From: Iphione sp. A-MEVVRFRX5
Lineage: Eukaryota
Length of the DNA stretch: 64,000 bases
Reading direction: 5' to 3'
Assembly (NCBI GenBank): GCA_976226885.1
Contig: OZ320313.1
Coordinates: 158,596,001 to 158,660,000, forward strand
Part shown: in pieces, positions 13,315 to 35,901 of the stretch
Numbering within the stretch: position 1 is the stretch's first letter
Layout of the letters: each line of letters opens with the position of its first letter
Notes under the pieces: generated by a model
Told to the model about the DNA's origin: nothing
Databases searched by the model: none
Seen by the model: the letters and a program-made list of their open reading frames with translations, nothing else
Made by a program: the position numbers and the translations under genes

Positions 13315-13977
13315 CTAAACAGTTTTAAGTAATTTCCTCTGCAGTGCCTCCCTGTGCACATTAAACACTTTTTCAGCAGCCCGCTTGCATGTGGACATGC
13401 ACATTTGATACTGTTCCGTGGTGTATGTTCCCGTGCAGTTGGCCAGTACAATGTTAAGTCCCTTGCTATCAAAGGCAAATGTCATACAAGCCTTGGCAGT
13501 TTTTTCTTCCTGTGCAGTTGGATCAAGTGTTATCTCGCCCTCTGGCTGGATACAACAGGTTGCTGCCGCTACCGTGCAGCTCAAAGGGACAGCTGCGTCA
13601 AGCAGTGCCAAGCAGGCAGCATTGATGCAACACGCTGTAAACGCTCCACTGTCTTGTACTGACTGTATGACAACTGAGATGGCTGCCCGAGGGTGCAGAC
13701 TTGTGAGGATGATGGCTTCGCAGACCTGCCCTATGAGACTCTCCAATGTCCGATCAGAACAACCCGGCAAGCCCACCTTGGGCTTATAAACTACTTCAAC
13801 AGTCGATTTCTCTGTCTGCTGCTTGCTAATTTTCACCTCCACTGGGCCGTATACTGCGGCAATGACGGTGGTGTCTCCGTGACAGAACTGTGCAGACCCA
13901 TCAGCCCGTGTCAAGAAGCCCAATTCTGTGGTGACTGGACGTATTTCAGGAACGATGGGGTTCTCCGTGGATGGCAT
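13315..13977 (-). CDS. EXOSC5: Exosome complex component RRP46 (RNase PH-like), single coding exon, 220 aa
   Basis: Uninterrupted ORF with ELGFLTRADGSAQFCHGDTTVIAAVYGPVEVK, EKSTVEVVYKPKVGLPG, LHPRAAISVVIQSVQDSG, CINAACLALLDAAVPL and ITLDPT motifs characteristic of Rrp46. Confidence 0.95.
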   Translation of the reverse strand: MPSTENPIVPEIRPVTTELGFLTRADGSAQFCHGDTTVIAAVYGPVEVKISKQQTEKSTVEVVYKPKVGLPGCSDRTLESLIGQVCEAIILTSLHPRAAISVVIQSVQDSGAFTACCINAACLALLDAAVPLSCTVAAATCCIQPEGEITLDPTAQEEKTAKACMTFAFDSKGLNIVLANCTGTYTTEQYQMCMSTCKRAAEKVFNVHREALQRKLLKTV

Positions 13978-15019
13978 CTTTCTGAAACGTGTTTAAAAGA
14001 ACTTCATTTACAAGGCTTAAAAAGATGGTCTCAGTTTGGTTAAGTTGAATCGGAAAAGTAACTACGATCAATGAATAGATTCGACTGTGAGAGAGGGACT
14101 GCAAATAGCTTGCAAACAGTTAAAAGTTGGGCAAGTGGTCCGACTCTCTTAAAGCTAACCTTCACGTGTGTTGTGCTTAGTTACAGTGTGCAGCTTAGGT
14201 GGTAATGTTGAGATCATAGGAGATGCAAATGTGATGGAACCATATTTGTGGTATAACTCAAATTCAAACTCACTCAGATTCACACGAACACTACGCTAGG
14301 ACGCACATTCACACTCACACCAAGGCGGTTTGCATATGTATCCATTTTTTTTTCAGAATAGCATCCTGCTGTCATGTCTGATTCCCGCCCGGGCCTCTTA
14401 AACCAACATAATGGGAGTATTCTGGGTCTGCCCAACATACTCTTTGCCACAGTAGAAGCAGCTGATACGACACATAAGATGTATGAGCCCTATACTTAAC
14501 TGTACATGGCTGGGTGGGCAGGAGGGGTGGAAGGACGGGGAAGTAGGGAAGGAAGGCAAGACGTGAAGAAGTAGGCAGAAAGGGTAAGTAAAACTCCAAA
14601 CTCCTTTGGTTCACTCCAAAAGTGGTCCCATGTGCGTGTTTGCCCGACTTCTGCAGGTGTTTATCATGTAGAGACTATGACGATAATACATGACGCTGTA
14701 TTATCAAATATCACATTTAACTAGGTTTAAAACCAATAGAATTAAATGTTATTTACTGTTCCAGGTGGAGTACACATGATTATTGCCAGGCGTAACTGTC
14801 AAGCCACTCAAATATCCACTCGGTGAGTAGGATGAAGTTCAAGATCATTTCGGAAGATACTTGATTGTCCATCTAGCAGCTCCCTGGGATATTAACATTC
14901 AGGAACACGAGTATCACTATTAGAATTAACAGTTTTTATGTCATTGTGGTAGTTCTGAGGGTTTACCGTGATTTTGGACCTGGGTCATTTTGGACCAGGT
15001 GATTTTGAACCACATATGG

Positions 15020-15157
15020 NNNNNNNNNNNNNNNNNNNNNNNNNNNNNNNNNNNNNNNNNNNNNNNNNNNNNNNNNNNNNNNNNNNNNNNNNNNNNNNNN
15101 NNNNNNNNNNNNNNNNNNNNNNNNNNNNNNNNNNNNNNNNNNNNNNNNNNNNNNNNN
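15020..15157. other. Assembly gap (138 N)
   Basis: Run of N. The left flank ends in short gtgattttggacc-type repeats. Confidence 0.99.
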
Positions 15158-15611
15158 GACATTCACCCTGCTTTGGTTGTATACTACAGCACCATGTAAT
15201 ACTATTGGTAGTCCTCCTTTTCAGAACATAGGAAATCCCAGACTGTCATAGACTATGTGACATCCATGGGAGGTAGCAACTGCAGCTATATAGCATGTGC
15301 CTATACCGACCTATCTCACATTCTCAAAGATCTACATCAAAGGTGCTACTACTCACACTCAGTGTCACCATCACTGAGAGTAGGGGGAGGGGACTGATTT
15401 CATGCTATGGTCGCTGATTTTTGCACTAGTCACCAATTTCCTCTATGGTCGCTGATTTTTTAGGTACATCAAAGATCTACGGTATACTTAGTGGTGGTAG
15501 CGGCAGCAGTGGGAGCTAGGGGGTGAGGGACTGGACCTGTAAAGTTTGGATGGTCCGAAATCACTTTCCCCATGCCATCCGAACTCACTGTTGTAGTCTG
15601 AGGTCACTGGT

Positions 15612-18600
15612 GTGAAATTGTCGCGGTCCGAACATGCCAGACACTGTTCTGAGTGCTCAGGAACCGGGCAAAGAAGTGTCACGGGATACCCCACAGACTA
15701 CCTCCCCCCCAAAAGGCTTAATCAGGACCGCATGACAAACACATTTGGTAACAGCCTACTGAACCTCTGCAAAACATGCAGTCTCCGGATCCTTAATGGA
15801 AGGACACTGGGAGACTCAATGGGCAGAATGACCTGCCACCAGTACAATGGCAGCAGTGCCATTGACTATGTAGTGGCCCATGACTCAATCCTACCTATCA
15901 TTAATTTTTTCAAAGTCCATGAGTGGCTTGAAACAGCCTCAGACCACTCACCCATCTCTTTCTCCATCAGGAGTACATATAAGCATGTGGCTGCCCCTAA
16001 GGCCTGCCTCTCCAAACCCCAAATTGGCTATAAATGGGATAAGGAATCTGAGCAAAAATTCAAATTGATCCTAAACAGCCCCGCTATCGCTGAGGCTCTG
16101 AATGATATTTCAGCCTGTAAGTACACAAATGAATCCTCACACGAAGCCCTCTTAGAAAAATTCTCAGATATCCTGGAATCAGTATGTGAAAGATCTCTGA
16201 GGAAAAGGAGAGGAAAGAACAACAAGGGCAGCCCACGCAAACAGAGATGGTTTGACAGATCTTGTTATGATCTAAAAAAAGAGTGTAAAAAGCTTTCTAT
16301 TGAACTGTGTAAGAACCCCTTCAACCAGCAGGTACGAGCAAAGCTGTTCTCCACCAAAAAGGCCTACAAGAAAGTGATCAAGAAAAACAAGAAGGACTTT
16401 GAAGCTGGGATCCTCGCCAGACTCGAATCTCTCTATGTATCCAACCCCACTGCCTACTGGAACCTCCTTAAAGATATGCGAGCCAACAAAAAGAGCCAAA
16501 GCGGTGAACCAACTATAAGCCCCAGTGTGTGGGAAACATATTTCAAAAGCCTTCTAGCACCACAGGCACCAGCAACCTCAGAAAATGACGAGGCCATCCT
16601 GTCCAGAATAAAAGAGCTAGAAAAAGAAGCAACCTTCACATCGCTTGATTTCCAAATTGAGACAGACGAGGTATTCAAGGTACTAACCAACCTGAAGTCC
16701 AGGAAGGCAGTGGGACTGGATGGGATTGCAAATGAAATGCTAAGGGCTGGGGCAAGGAGCTTCTGTGAGCCTTTATCAGTTATCTTCAATAAGATGTATG
16801 TAGGTGCTCATTACCCCAGTAAATGGTGTGAGGGCCTGATAAAAGCTATCTATAAATCAGGCAACCCCAAATCCCCAGAAAATTACAGAGGTATCACTCT
16901 CTGCAGCAACCTTGCCAAAGTCCTAAGTGCAATCCTGAACAACAGATTAACATCATTTGTGGAGTCTAATAACATCAGGTCGAAGGAACAAATAGGATTC
17001 AAAAAGGCCTCCCGTCCAGCAGACCACATCTTTGTCCTAAAGACGATCATTGACTCTTACACCAAGCAGAAAAAACAAAACTTATATGCATGCTTTATTG
17101 ACTTCAGTAAAGCATTTGACAGAGTATGGTGGCCCGGTCTGTTCCTTAAACTGTTAAACTACGGAGTTAGAGGTACCTTTTACCACTACATAAGAAGCAT
17201 GTACCATAAGGTCTATAGCAGAGTACTCACAGGAGCTGGAATAACACCACCATTTATGATAAACCAAGGCGTCAGGCAGGGTGAGATCCTCAGCCCGCTA
17301 TTGTTTACTCTGTTCATCAATGACTTGCCAGAATACCTAGCAGAGGGGGAGACCTTCCCAGCCAAACTAGGACCAACCAACACTAACTGCCTAATGTATG
17401 CAGATGATATTGTAGTCCTCTCAGAGTCCAAACATGGCCTCCAGAACTCCCTTAACAACCTCCATGACTACTGCACAAAATGGAGGCTAGAGGTTAATAT
17501 GTCCAAAACTAAGGTAGTGATATTTAACAGACACGGACGCTCCATACCATCCCAGTTTAGTTATGCCGGTAAGTATGTGGAGGTCGCACAGAGCTACAAA
17601 TACCTAGGGCTCGAAATTACAAGCTCAGGCTCCTTCGCAAGCGCATTAGACATCCTAAAAACAAAGTCCCTGAAGGCAACATTCAAACTTAAGTCACTGG
17701 TGGGCAGAGAGTTATCTCCCCAAATCGCCATATCCTTGTTCAACTCCCTTATAAAACCAATTGCCCTATACGGTAGCGAAATATGGGGAGCCACACTTGC
17801 CGCAGACAATCTTGGGAGAGTCTTTAGGAACATGGACAATATCCCAGCCGAGAAAACTCTATTAAGCTACCTGAGGTTCACGCTGGGAGTCCATAGGAAA
17901 ACCACAACAGCTGCAGTGAGAGGAGAACTGGGAATTCCCCCATTAGGCATGGATGTAATCAAAAATGTCCTCAATTACAAGGAGTACCTTGAGAAACAGA
18001 GCAAAGACTCCCTACTTGGACAAGCAAGATCGCAGTCAATATGGCTAGGTACCCAAAAATCAGGCTCTTGGTGGGAGAAGACCCCATGCCTAGAACAACT
18101 ACTAAACGGCAGGGACCCCACATCCCCGAAAGAAAACATCAGGGAATTGAAGAATAGGTTCAAAGAACATTGGCACAACACCCTATCTAGGCCCAATGCA
18201 AACAAACTTAGGACCTATGCCTCTTTCAAAAATGACCTACGGTTTGAGAACTACCTCAAAGATGTTAGGATCTTTTCACATCGCCAAGCACTAACCCAAC
18301 TTAGGTCTAGCAGCCATAGCCTCTGTATTGAAACGGGAAGATATAAAAGACCCCCTGTAGCTGCCCAGGATAGGTTCTGTGAGATGTGTAGCTCCCAAGT
18401 GGTAGAGGATGAGATACATTTCCTAACAGCCTGCCCAGCCTATCTCAAGGAAAGAGACCAAATGTACTCTGCAATAGGGCTGGAAACCCCGAACCTGGCC
18501 TCCCTGAGCAACAAAGATAAATTTACATTCCTAGTCTCAGCGGAAGGCAGGATAAGCAGAGAAGTGGCCAAATTTTGCTACCTAGCCTTCGAGCTCCGAA

Positions 18601-18623
18601 AGAAAATACACTCTGGCGTATAG
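15612..18623 (+). CDS. LINE ORF2 (partial endonuclease plus reverse transcriptase), open reading frame but no authentic start
   Basis: 1003-codon open frame in the ORF track; LINE-like sequence only begins near residue 25-30. Confidence 0.85.
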   Translation: MKLSRSEHARHCSECSGTGQRSVTGYPTDYLPPKRLNQDRMTNTFGNSLLNLCKTCSLRILNGRTLGDSMGRMTCHQYNGSSAIDYVVAHDSILPIINFFKVHEWLETASDHSPISFSIRSTYKHVAAPKACLSKPQIGYKWDKESEQKFKLILNSPAIAEALNDISACKYTNESSHEALLEKFSDILESVCERSLRKRRGKNNKGSPRKQRWFDRSCYDLKKECKKLSIELCKNPFNQQVRAKLFSTKKAYKKVIKKNKKDFEAGILARLESLYVSNPTAYWNLLKDMRANKKSQSGEPTISPSVWETYFKSLLAPQAPATSENDEAILSRIKELEKEATFTSLDFQIETDEVFKVLTNLKSRKAVGLDGIANEMLRAGARSFCEPLSVIFNKMYVGAHYPSKWCEGLIKAIYKSGNPKSPENYRGITLCSNLAKVLSAILNNRLTSFVESNNIRSKEQIGFKKASRPADHIFVLKTIIDSYTKQKKQNLYACFIDFSKAFDRVWWPGLFLKLLNYGVRGTFYHYIRSMYHKVYSRVLTGAGITPPFMINQGVRQGEILSPLLFTLFINDLPEYLAEGETFPAKLGPTNTNCLMYADDIVVLSESKHGLQNSLNNLHDYCTKWRLEVNMSKTKVVIFNRHGRSIPSQFSYAGKYVEVAQSYKYLGLEITSSGSFASALDILKTKSLKATFKLKSLVGRELSPQIAISLFNSLIKPIALYGSEIWGATLAADNLGRVFRNMDNIPAEKTLLSYLRFTLGVHRKTTTAAVRGELGIPPLGMDVIKNVLNYKEYLEKQSKDSLLGQARSQSIWLGTQKSGSWWEKTPCLEQLLNGRDPTSPKENIRELKNRFKEHWHNTLSRPNANKLRTYASFKNDLRFENYLKDVRIFSHRQALTQLRSSSHSLCIETGRYKRPPVAAQDRFCEMCSSQVVEDEIHFLTACPAYLKERDQMYSAIGLETPNLASLSNKDKFTFLVSAEGRISREVAKFCYLAFELRKKIHSGV

Positions 18624-18933
18624 GCATTGGCCCTTGACTGTTCCATACTAATTACTGTTTGATTGTGTTTTGTGTTGGTCTCTGCCATCTGACCCTGTGC
18701 CGTCCCAACTGTCTTTCTATGTACTGTCAACCTTGTCCCCCGTATGTACCACAATAGTGCCCTTGTTCTGTTTTCTGATATTGTCTTTGTTCTGTTTTCT
18801 TATGTATGTATACTAGGGTAAGGGGAGAAGGCAGCGCCTTCTCCCATGAATTACATTCCGTCCAAGGATTCCGTCCATGTATGCTCTAACCCCTAGCGGG
18901 TGTTTTACGCAATAAAGTATTTCTTCTTCTTCT
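15690..18933 (+). mobile_element. Non-LTR retrotransposon (LINE), 5'-truncated within the AP endonuclease; RTEX-like (CR1/L2/RTE superfamily), clade tentative
   Basis: ORF shows the APE C-terminal part (LRILNGR..GD, SAIDY, SDHSPI), RT motifs (NYRGITL, FIDFSKAFD, GVRQGEILSPLLF, YADD, YKYLG) and a C-terminal CxxC..HFLxxC motif. 3' UTR has AATAAA (18911-18916) and a (TTC)n tail (18921-18933). Confidence 0.92.
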
Positions 18934-19585
18934 GTGTAATGTTTTGTGAAAATGTTTTTTTGTTAATCAGTTAAGTAGTTATGAAGTTATCGATGCATTC
19001 ATTACGATGCTTTTTATTTACTGAACATCTTACTGTCAGTTACAGATCAATGACCGTAAGACGAGGAAGGGCTGGCCACAATATGAATTATTATATAGGA
19101 CTCTATATAGAATGCAATCAATACCGTCTTTGGTTAGATGTATCTAAATATTTGTAATGAAATATTTGCACTGTAAAAAATCATCAAAGGTAAACTGATT
19201 TTAGTTTTAATTATCAGCATCACTTTACATTGCAACAGTCATACGGGGGAAAAAACAACATTCATACATTATATGCTAAATGACTTCATCAATGTGCAAT
19301 CTCGCCATTCACAGCTTTCTTACCATGTGTATCGGTGCGACCGGAACTGCCCAGCAGTCTCTCCCGAATTTGATCTACTTCCATTAAGAAAAGTAGTTCC
19401 ATAAAGAGTTGCCATTCTTGGAAGTATTGAAATGTATTTTGAACCAGAAAATAATATATATTGAAGCTATATAGAGTAGCATATAATAATCATGGACCAT
19501 TATGGATTAATCGTTTGTTTACCAGTGAGGTGCTGATGACATCGCACATTTTAGTCGCCCAAGAATACCTTCGTCAGTCAGACGG

Positions 19586-19610
19586 TCTTTCCTTCACCAG
19601 ACGCCATCTT
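19586..19610 (+). promoter_or_regulatory. Putative DDX5/17 core promoter/TSS region: pyrimidine initiator (TCTTTCCTTC) and YY1-type CGCCATCTT
   Basis: Motifs at 19586-19595 and 19602-19610, about 130-150 nt upstream of ATG 19739; typical of housekeeping promoters. Confidence 0.45.
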
Positions 19611-19738
19611 GAACAAGAGAGGGGACTCTGCTCCCTGGGAACTTGTCTACGAGAAAATATTAGTTACTCGGGTTCCTGTCTTTCTTTAATCTTACACCAA
19701 CATACTTTAAAGATTGTCAGGAACGTTACACACTCAAG

Positions 19739-30873
<11,135 letters not shown>

Positions 30874-30956
30874 AGACATTTATGGCTGTTACAAAAATAC
30901 ACGTTAGATTTATCTAGCTCTTTGACTTTTATTCTGTATTGGTCCAAGCATTTAAA

Positions 30957-30962
30957 AATAAA
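30957..30962 (+). terminator. Candidate proximal poly(A) signal of DDX5/17 (a second AATAAA lies near 31514)
   Basis: AATAAA about 85 nt after the stop codon. Confidence 0.45.
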
Positions 30963-32344
30963 TGTGCATCATCTCTGTGGCTCGGAAGATCTGCTAAACG
31001 ACGTTTTACGATAAACGCCTTTACTTTCACTTCTTAAGTGATCTCCACAGACATGGCCCGAGCTGCCTTCCCACAGTTGCATGGTATGGTAAGTAGCAGG
31101 GATAGCAGTCTTGTGACCGTGATGATATTGGTATGTTTGATGTCTTAGTTCAATCCGTATGAATGTTTATTCCATAGCAGCAGTTTGTGTTCAGTATATT
31201 GGTCAAGCCATATTTGACACTCATTCAAACTTAGATGTTCTTTCGGTCACGTTTAGGAACAAAATCTAATTATTGTGATGAAGCCAGTTTTCCCAATAGT
31301 AGTCTGCAAGTCAGATTCCAGAAAAGTAAAGGCGTACAATAAGGTGATTTTTGGACATGATAAGCAGAAATGTGGACCATTTTACTGTTTTATTTATTGT
31401 CCTATGTATGTGAACCAAACCAGAAATTTTCTCTTCTCTTGAGACAGGGAATATTAACCGAGAAAAATTCTGGCTTGACTTTTTTCTTTTTATAAAATTG
31501 CATACTTATATGAAAATAAAAGGAAGATTAATGGATGGATGTTGTTGTTAATTGTACAATTGCTGGCGTTCAAGTGATGATGCAGGTGCAGACTGCACAG
31601 TGATCACAAGTGCGATGATACTAGTGACGTTTCATAATGGTAAATTGGAGTTGTGCATTTCCTGCATTACGTTCTAGACCACTAACCATCAGAAAGCGGC
31701 AGCAGATGAGCCAACACTAAATAGCAATGCCAACCCTAGGTGGATATTCATGTCACAAAAGATTCTTCTAGTGATACTACACTGAGAGTGTATGGGACTG
31801 CATCTGCGAGAATGATGTGCCCATATATTAAATGTTAAGGAATACGATCCAGAAATATCGACACATTAAGATCTGAGACGGGTAGAAACTCCTGCAAAGT
31901 ATTACCGGCAGACCTGTAACAACTAATCGGCAAGTTTGATCCAGAACCATGTAATTCTTCACATTTTTACATATTGCTCCATGGTACTCGAACATTTACA
32001 TGCAATACTACCATGGAATCTCTGCAGTGGGACGGATGCTCTGACCTTGATACTGTGCAGTCCCACAGTGAATCAGTATTAAATTCAGTATTAAATTATG
32101 AAGAAACCTTTTTTTGTGTGGGTAACGATGAGAAAAGCATGCTCACTGGTCATGCCATGTTCAGGCAGGGGCATGGTAAAGGAGGACGACACTGGAGATA
32201 GGAAAGAAGCAGAGTTGACAGTGGAAAAGGACTGGGGACCGAACGGCAAAGGTGCATGCATTTGTTGGAGCAGTGAGACCAGAAAGGTAAGGGGTGCACA
32301 ATTCAGAAAGATCAGGGGGGTGTGGGGTTGGTGAAACACCTGGA

Positions 32345-33180
32345 AACAGGAGAGTCAATGAGAGCATGAAAGTACATGTATATGTGTGAGTGAGAGCATG
32401 AGTTTCAGTCAGTGTGAATGAATGTGAGTAGGAATGAGAGCATAAGTGAATGAAAGGATGCGTGAGAATATGAAAGTGACTGAGAGTATGGCTGTCAATG
32501 CAAGCATGAGTAAGAGAATGAGTGAGAACATATATGTCAATGACATCAGTGTCAATGAGAATGAGTGAGAGCGTGTCAGTATAAGAGAGCATTAGTGTCA
32601 GTGAGAGTATGAGTGAGAACATGACTCAGGGAGAACAGACTGAGTGAGAGCATGAGTAAGAATATGAGTGAGAATATTAAGTGGCACTGAGAGTATGAGT
32701 GGCAGCATGAGTATCAGTGAGCACATGAATTAGACTATGAATGAGAGCAAGCATATCAATGAGAACATGGGTGACAGCATAAGTATCAGTGACAGTGAGG
32801 GAGAGCATGAGTGAATGAGAACATGACTGCAAAGTCAGAGCATGAGTAAGATTATGAGTGAGAGCAAGAACATGAGTGTCATTGAGAACATGAGTGAAAG
32901 TGAGTTAGAATATGTCATGAGAACATGAGAGTAAGTGAAAGCGTGAGTGTGAGTGAGAGCATAAGTAAGAATGAGTGAGAACATTGAGTGTAAGTGAGAG
33001 TATGAGTGAGAGCATGAGAGTCAGTGAGAACATGAGAGAATATGAGTTAGAGCATGAGTGTCAGTGAGAACATCAGTAAGAATATGAGTAAGAACATGAG
33101 TGTCAGTGGGAGAGTACGAGTAAGAACAGGAGAGAGCATGAGTATCAGTGAAAGCATGAGTAGGAATATGAGTGAGAGGG
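32345..33180. repeat. Degenerate purine-rich short-period tandem repeat (ATGAGTGAGAGC/GAGAACATGAGT-like)
   Basis: Dozens of recurrent atgagt/gagagc/gagaac words. Confidence 0.85.
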
Positions 33181-33259
33181 TGATGCAGTTGAGAGGCAGG
33201 TAATTAGAAAAACTGATTACAGGATTTGAACAAAAATACTGTGGGCTGAATGACTAAGC

Positions 33260-34200
33260 TGATAGGTGCCGATCAGGGTGGCCCAGTTGACAGGCAGGTA
33301 AACAGAAAAACTGTAATACCTGAGAAACTATTGCACATAGAAGGACAGGACTTTAACCCAAATGCTGGAGGCCAAATGACGCAGGTAGATAGGTTAGGGT
33401 GACCCAGTCGACAGGCAGGTAAACAGAAAAACTGCAATAACTCAGAAACTATTGCACCTAGAAAGACAGGACTTCAACCAAAATGCTGTGGGCCAAATGA
33501 TGGAGGTGATAGGTGCAGGTTAGGGTGACCCAGTCAACAGGCAGGTAATGAGAAAAACCGTGATAACTCTGAAACTCTTGCACACAGAAGAACGGGACTT
33601 GAATAAACCTGCTGCCGACCAAATAACAGGTGATAGGTGCAGGTCAGGGTGACCAAGTCAACAGGCAGGTAAACAGAAAAACTGCAATAACTGAGAAACT
33701 CTTGCACATATGGGAGGATAGGACTTGAACCCAAATGCTGGAGGCCAAATGATGCAGGTGATAGATGCAGGTTAGGGTGACCCAGTCGACAGGCAGGAAA
33801 ACAGAAGAAAACTGTAATAATTGAGAAACAGGACTTGAACCCAAATGCTGGAGGCCAAATGATGCAGGTGATAGTTGCAGGTTAGGGTGACCAGCCGACA
33901 GGCAGGAAAACAGAAAAAACTGCAATAATTGAGAAACTATTGCACATAGAAGGACAGCACTTGAACCAAAATGTTACAAGCCCAATGACACAGGTGATAG
34001 GTGCAGGTTAGGGTGACTCAGTTGACAGGCAAGAAAGGAAGGGACTTAAACATAGGAAAGACAGGACTTGAACCAAAATGTTGTGGGCCCAATGACGCAG
34101 GTGATAGATGCAGGATAGGGCGACTCAGTTGAGAAACAAAAACTGCAATAACTCAGGAACTATTGCACATAGGATGGGACTTGAACCAAAATACTGCAGG
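33260..34200. repeat. Minisatellite, about 8 copies of a 110-129 bp unit
   Basis: GGGTGACCCAGTCGACAGGCAGGTAAACAGAAAAACTG.. recurs near 33277, 33397, 33522, 33646, 33775, 33885, 34010 and 34118. Confidence 0.88.
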
Positions 34201-34364
34201 CCATATGACAAGTGCACAGTAATAGGAGTGTGAAGGTAAAAAACAGATGTCTGCTTCTATGTTAGTGAGAAAATGATAACGAGAACTATTCCACCTAAGA
34301 GGATGGGAACCAAAATAATGCAGGCTAAGAGATGAAGATGATGGGAGCAGTTAAAGGAGAAAAA

Positions 34365-34860
34365 TTGCTGGCTCTGGCCCCCTCCTCTTCAGGCGCTCAC
34401 AGCCAGGGCACAACCAATGCACCACGGTGGCCGCTTGCTGGCTTGGCCCCCTCCCCCTCAGGCACTCACAGCCAGGGCACAACTGAGGCACTCTGGCAGC
34501 TGCCTACTGACCCCCTCCCCTCTCGCACTGATGGTCGTGGCAGCCAGCTTAACCATCCCACCTGATCCCCTCCCACTCTGGCCCCCTACCCCTCAAGCAC
34601 TTGCAGTACTGTCAGCATGCTGGATGGTCCCGATTGCCTCCGCTTCGCTCTGGCCCCCTCCCCCTTGGGTGCTCGTGGCACAGGCAGCGTACTAGACAGT
34701 CCCACCTGCTTCCCCGCACTCTGGCCCCTACCCTTTGGGTGCTCATGGTGGCAGCAGCATGCTTGACACTCCAACCTGCTTCCCTCCCACTCTGACCCCC
34801 TCCCCTTCGGGCACTTGCAGTTGGGGCAAAGTGCTTCCCACCTGGCTCCCTCCTGCTCTG
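34365..34860. repeat. GC-rich degenerate tandem repeat (ctctggccccctcccc..ggcact..)
   Basis: Repeated CTCTGGCCCCC(T)CCCC core about every 60-75 bp. Confidence 0.7.
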
Positions 34861-35135
34861 GAGGAGCTGTCTATCAATTTAGACCCTAAGGTGACATAAC
34901 ACCAACTCAACTTCAAAGAAATCAGTTTCCGGGTTTTACCATCAGAGACTCCATAGTCTTCCAAGAGAAGACAGATTCCAAGAGAAGACACTCTTCGGTA
35001 ATCACTTAAAGGCTAAGCCCCTCCCCCTTACCACTCTGTTGGCGCCTCCATGTAGTGGAGGTCATGCCAATCTGCTAACTGAATAAAACTTATAAATGCA
35101 GATATAGCCTCTATTTACAATACATGTAGTATATC

Positions 35136-35901
35136 GAGTGGAGTCTCTATTTCCGACCAGTGGTTGGGTCTGAGCTCAAATGGTCGGAATAGCAAGTTTG
35201 GTCAGAAATTGATTGAGTACGGGTCAGGGCCACTCCAGGGTATGGGAGAAATTGTGCAGTTTATTCATGGAGGTTGAGGCATATAGGGAGAAAATGTCCA
35301 GTTTATTCATGGAGGTTGAGGCATGTCACGAGAAATTGTGTGGTATATTCATGGAGGTTGAGGCATATTGGGAGAAATTGTGCAGTTTCTTCATGGAGGT
35401 TGAGGCAAATTGGGAGAAATTGTGTGGTTTTTATGCAAATGATAAGCAAATTAGAAAAAAATTCATATCATCTATCACATGATAGACAGTGTCTATCTGG
35501 CTAAAAACCCCTGGCCTCTCCCGACCACTGTTGCAATCTTTATCCCAAGTGTGAGTGACATCGGAGAGGTTGGCCTCTCCTGACCAGCCCCTCCATGGTG
35601 TGAGGTACATCAAAGAGGTCACCCCCGGCCCCTCCCAACCACTCTTCACCCGTTACCCTGGGTGCGAGATATACCAGAGAGGTCGCCATTGATGCCCCGG
35701 TTAGTAATTGATAGTAAATTATACAGAATGTGCCCCTAAGATGAGTAGTTGTACACTGGAAATGGTTGCAAATTGATTTGGTCGGTAATCAATAACCAAT
35801 CATATAGGTTATGTATGGAGAGATTTTCAGTTCCCAGCTAAAGTGGTCGCAATACCCAATTTGGTCGGTAATCGATACGGTCAGTAATAGAGACTCCACT
35901 G
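35136..35901. mobile_element. MITE (Tc1/mariner-like ends) carrying an internal 42-bp tandem array
   Basis: Perfect 15-bp TIR AGTGGAGTCTCTATT (35137-35151) / AATAGAGACTCCACT (35886-35900). Right end is ..CACTG|TA; left TA site is degraded. Confidence 0.75.
35235..35425. repeat. 42-bp tandem repeat x4-4.5 inside the MITE
   Basis: GGGAGAAATTGTGCAGTTTATTCATGGAGGTTGAGGCATAT unit; produces the periodic ORFs 35213/35274. Confidence 0.9.

Noticed and set aside
14941-15231. ORFs containing X runs
   Set aside because: They span the assembly gap.
15488-15694. 5'-inverted piece of the LINE endonuclease
   Set aside because: No minus-strand frame shows APE motifs such as GDFNAR; the origin of this flank is unresolved.
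19676-19738. Upstream CUG start analogous to DDX17 p82
   Set aside because: In-frame CTG at 19676 has poor context and an in-frame TAG at 19661 limits any extension.
32161-32622. 153-aa His/Ser/Leu/Thr-rich minus ORF
   Set aside because: Translation of the degenerate tandem repeat.
33260-34200. Tandem arrays as CRISPR
   Set aside because: No unique spacers and no cas genes, in a eukaryotic context.
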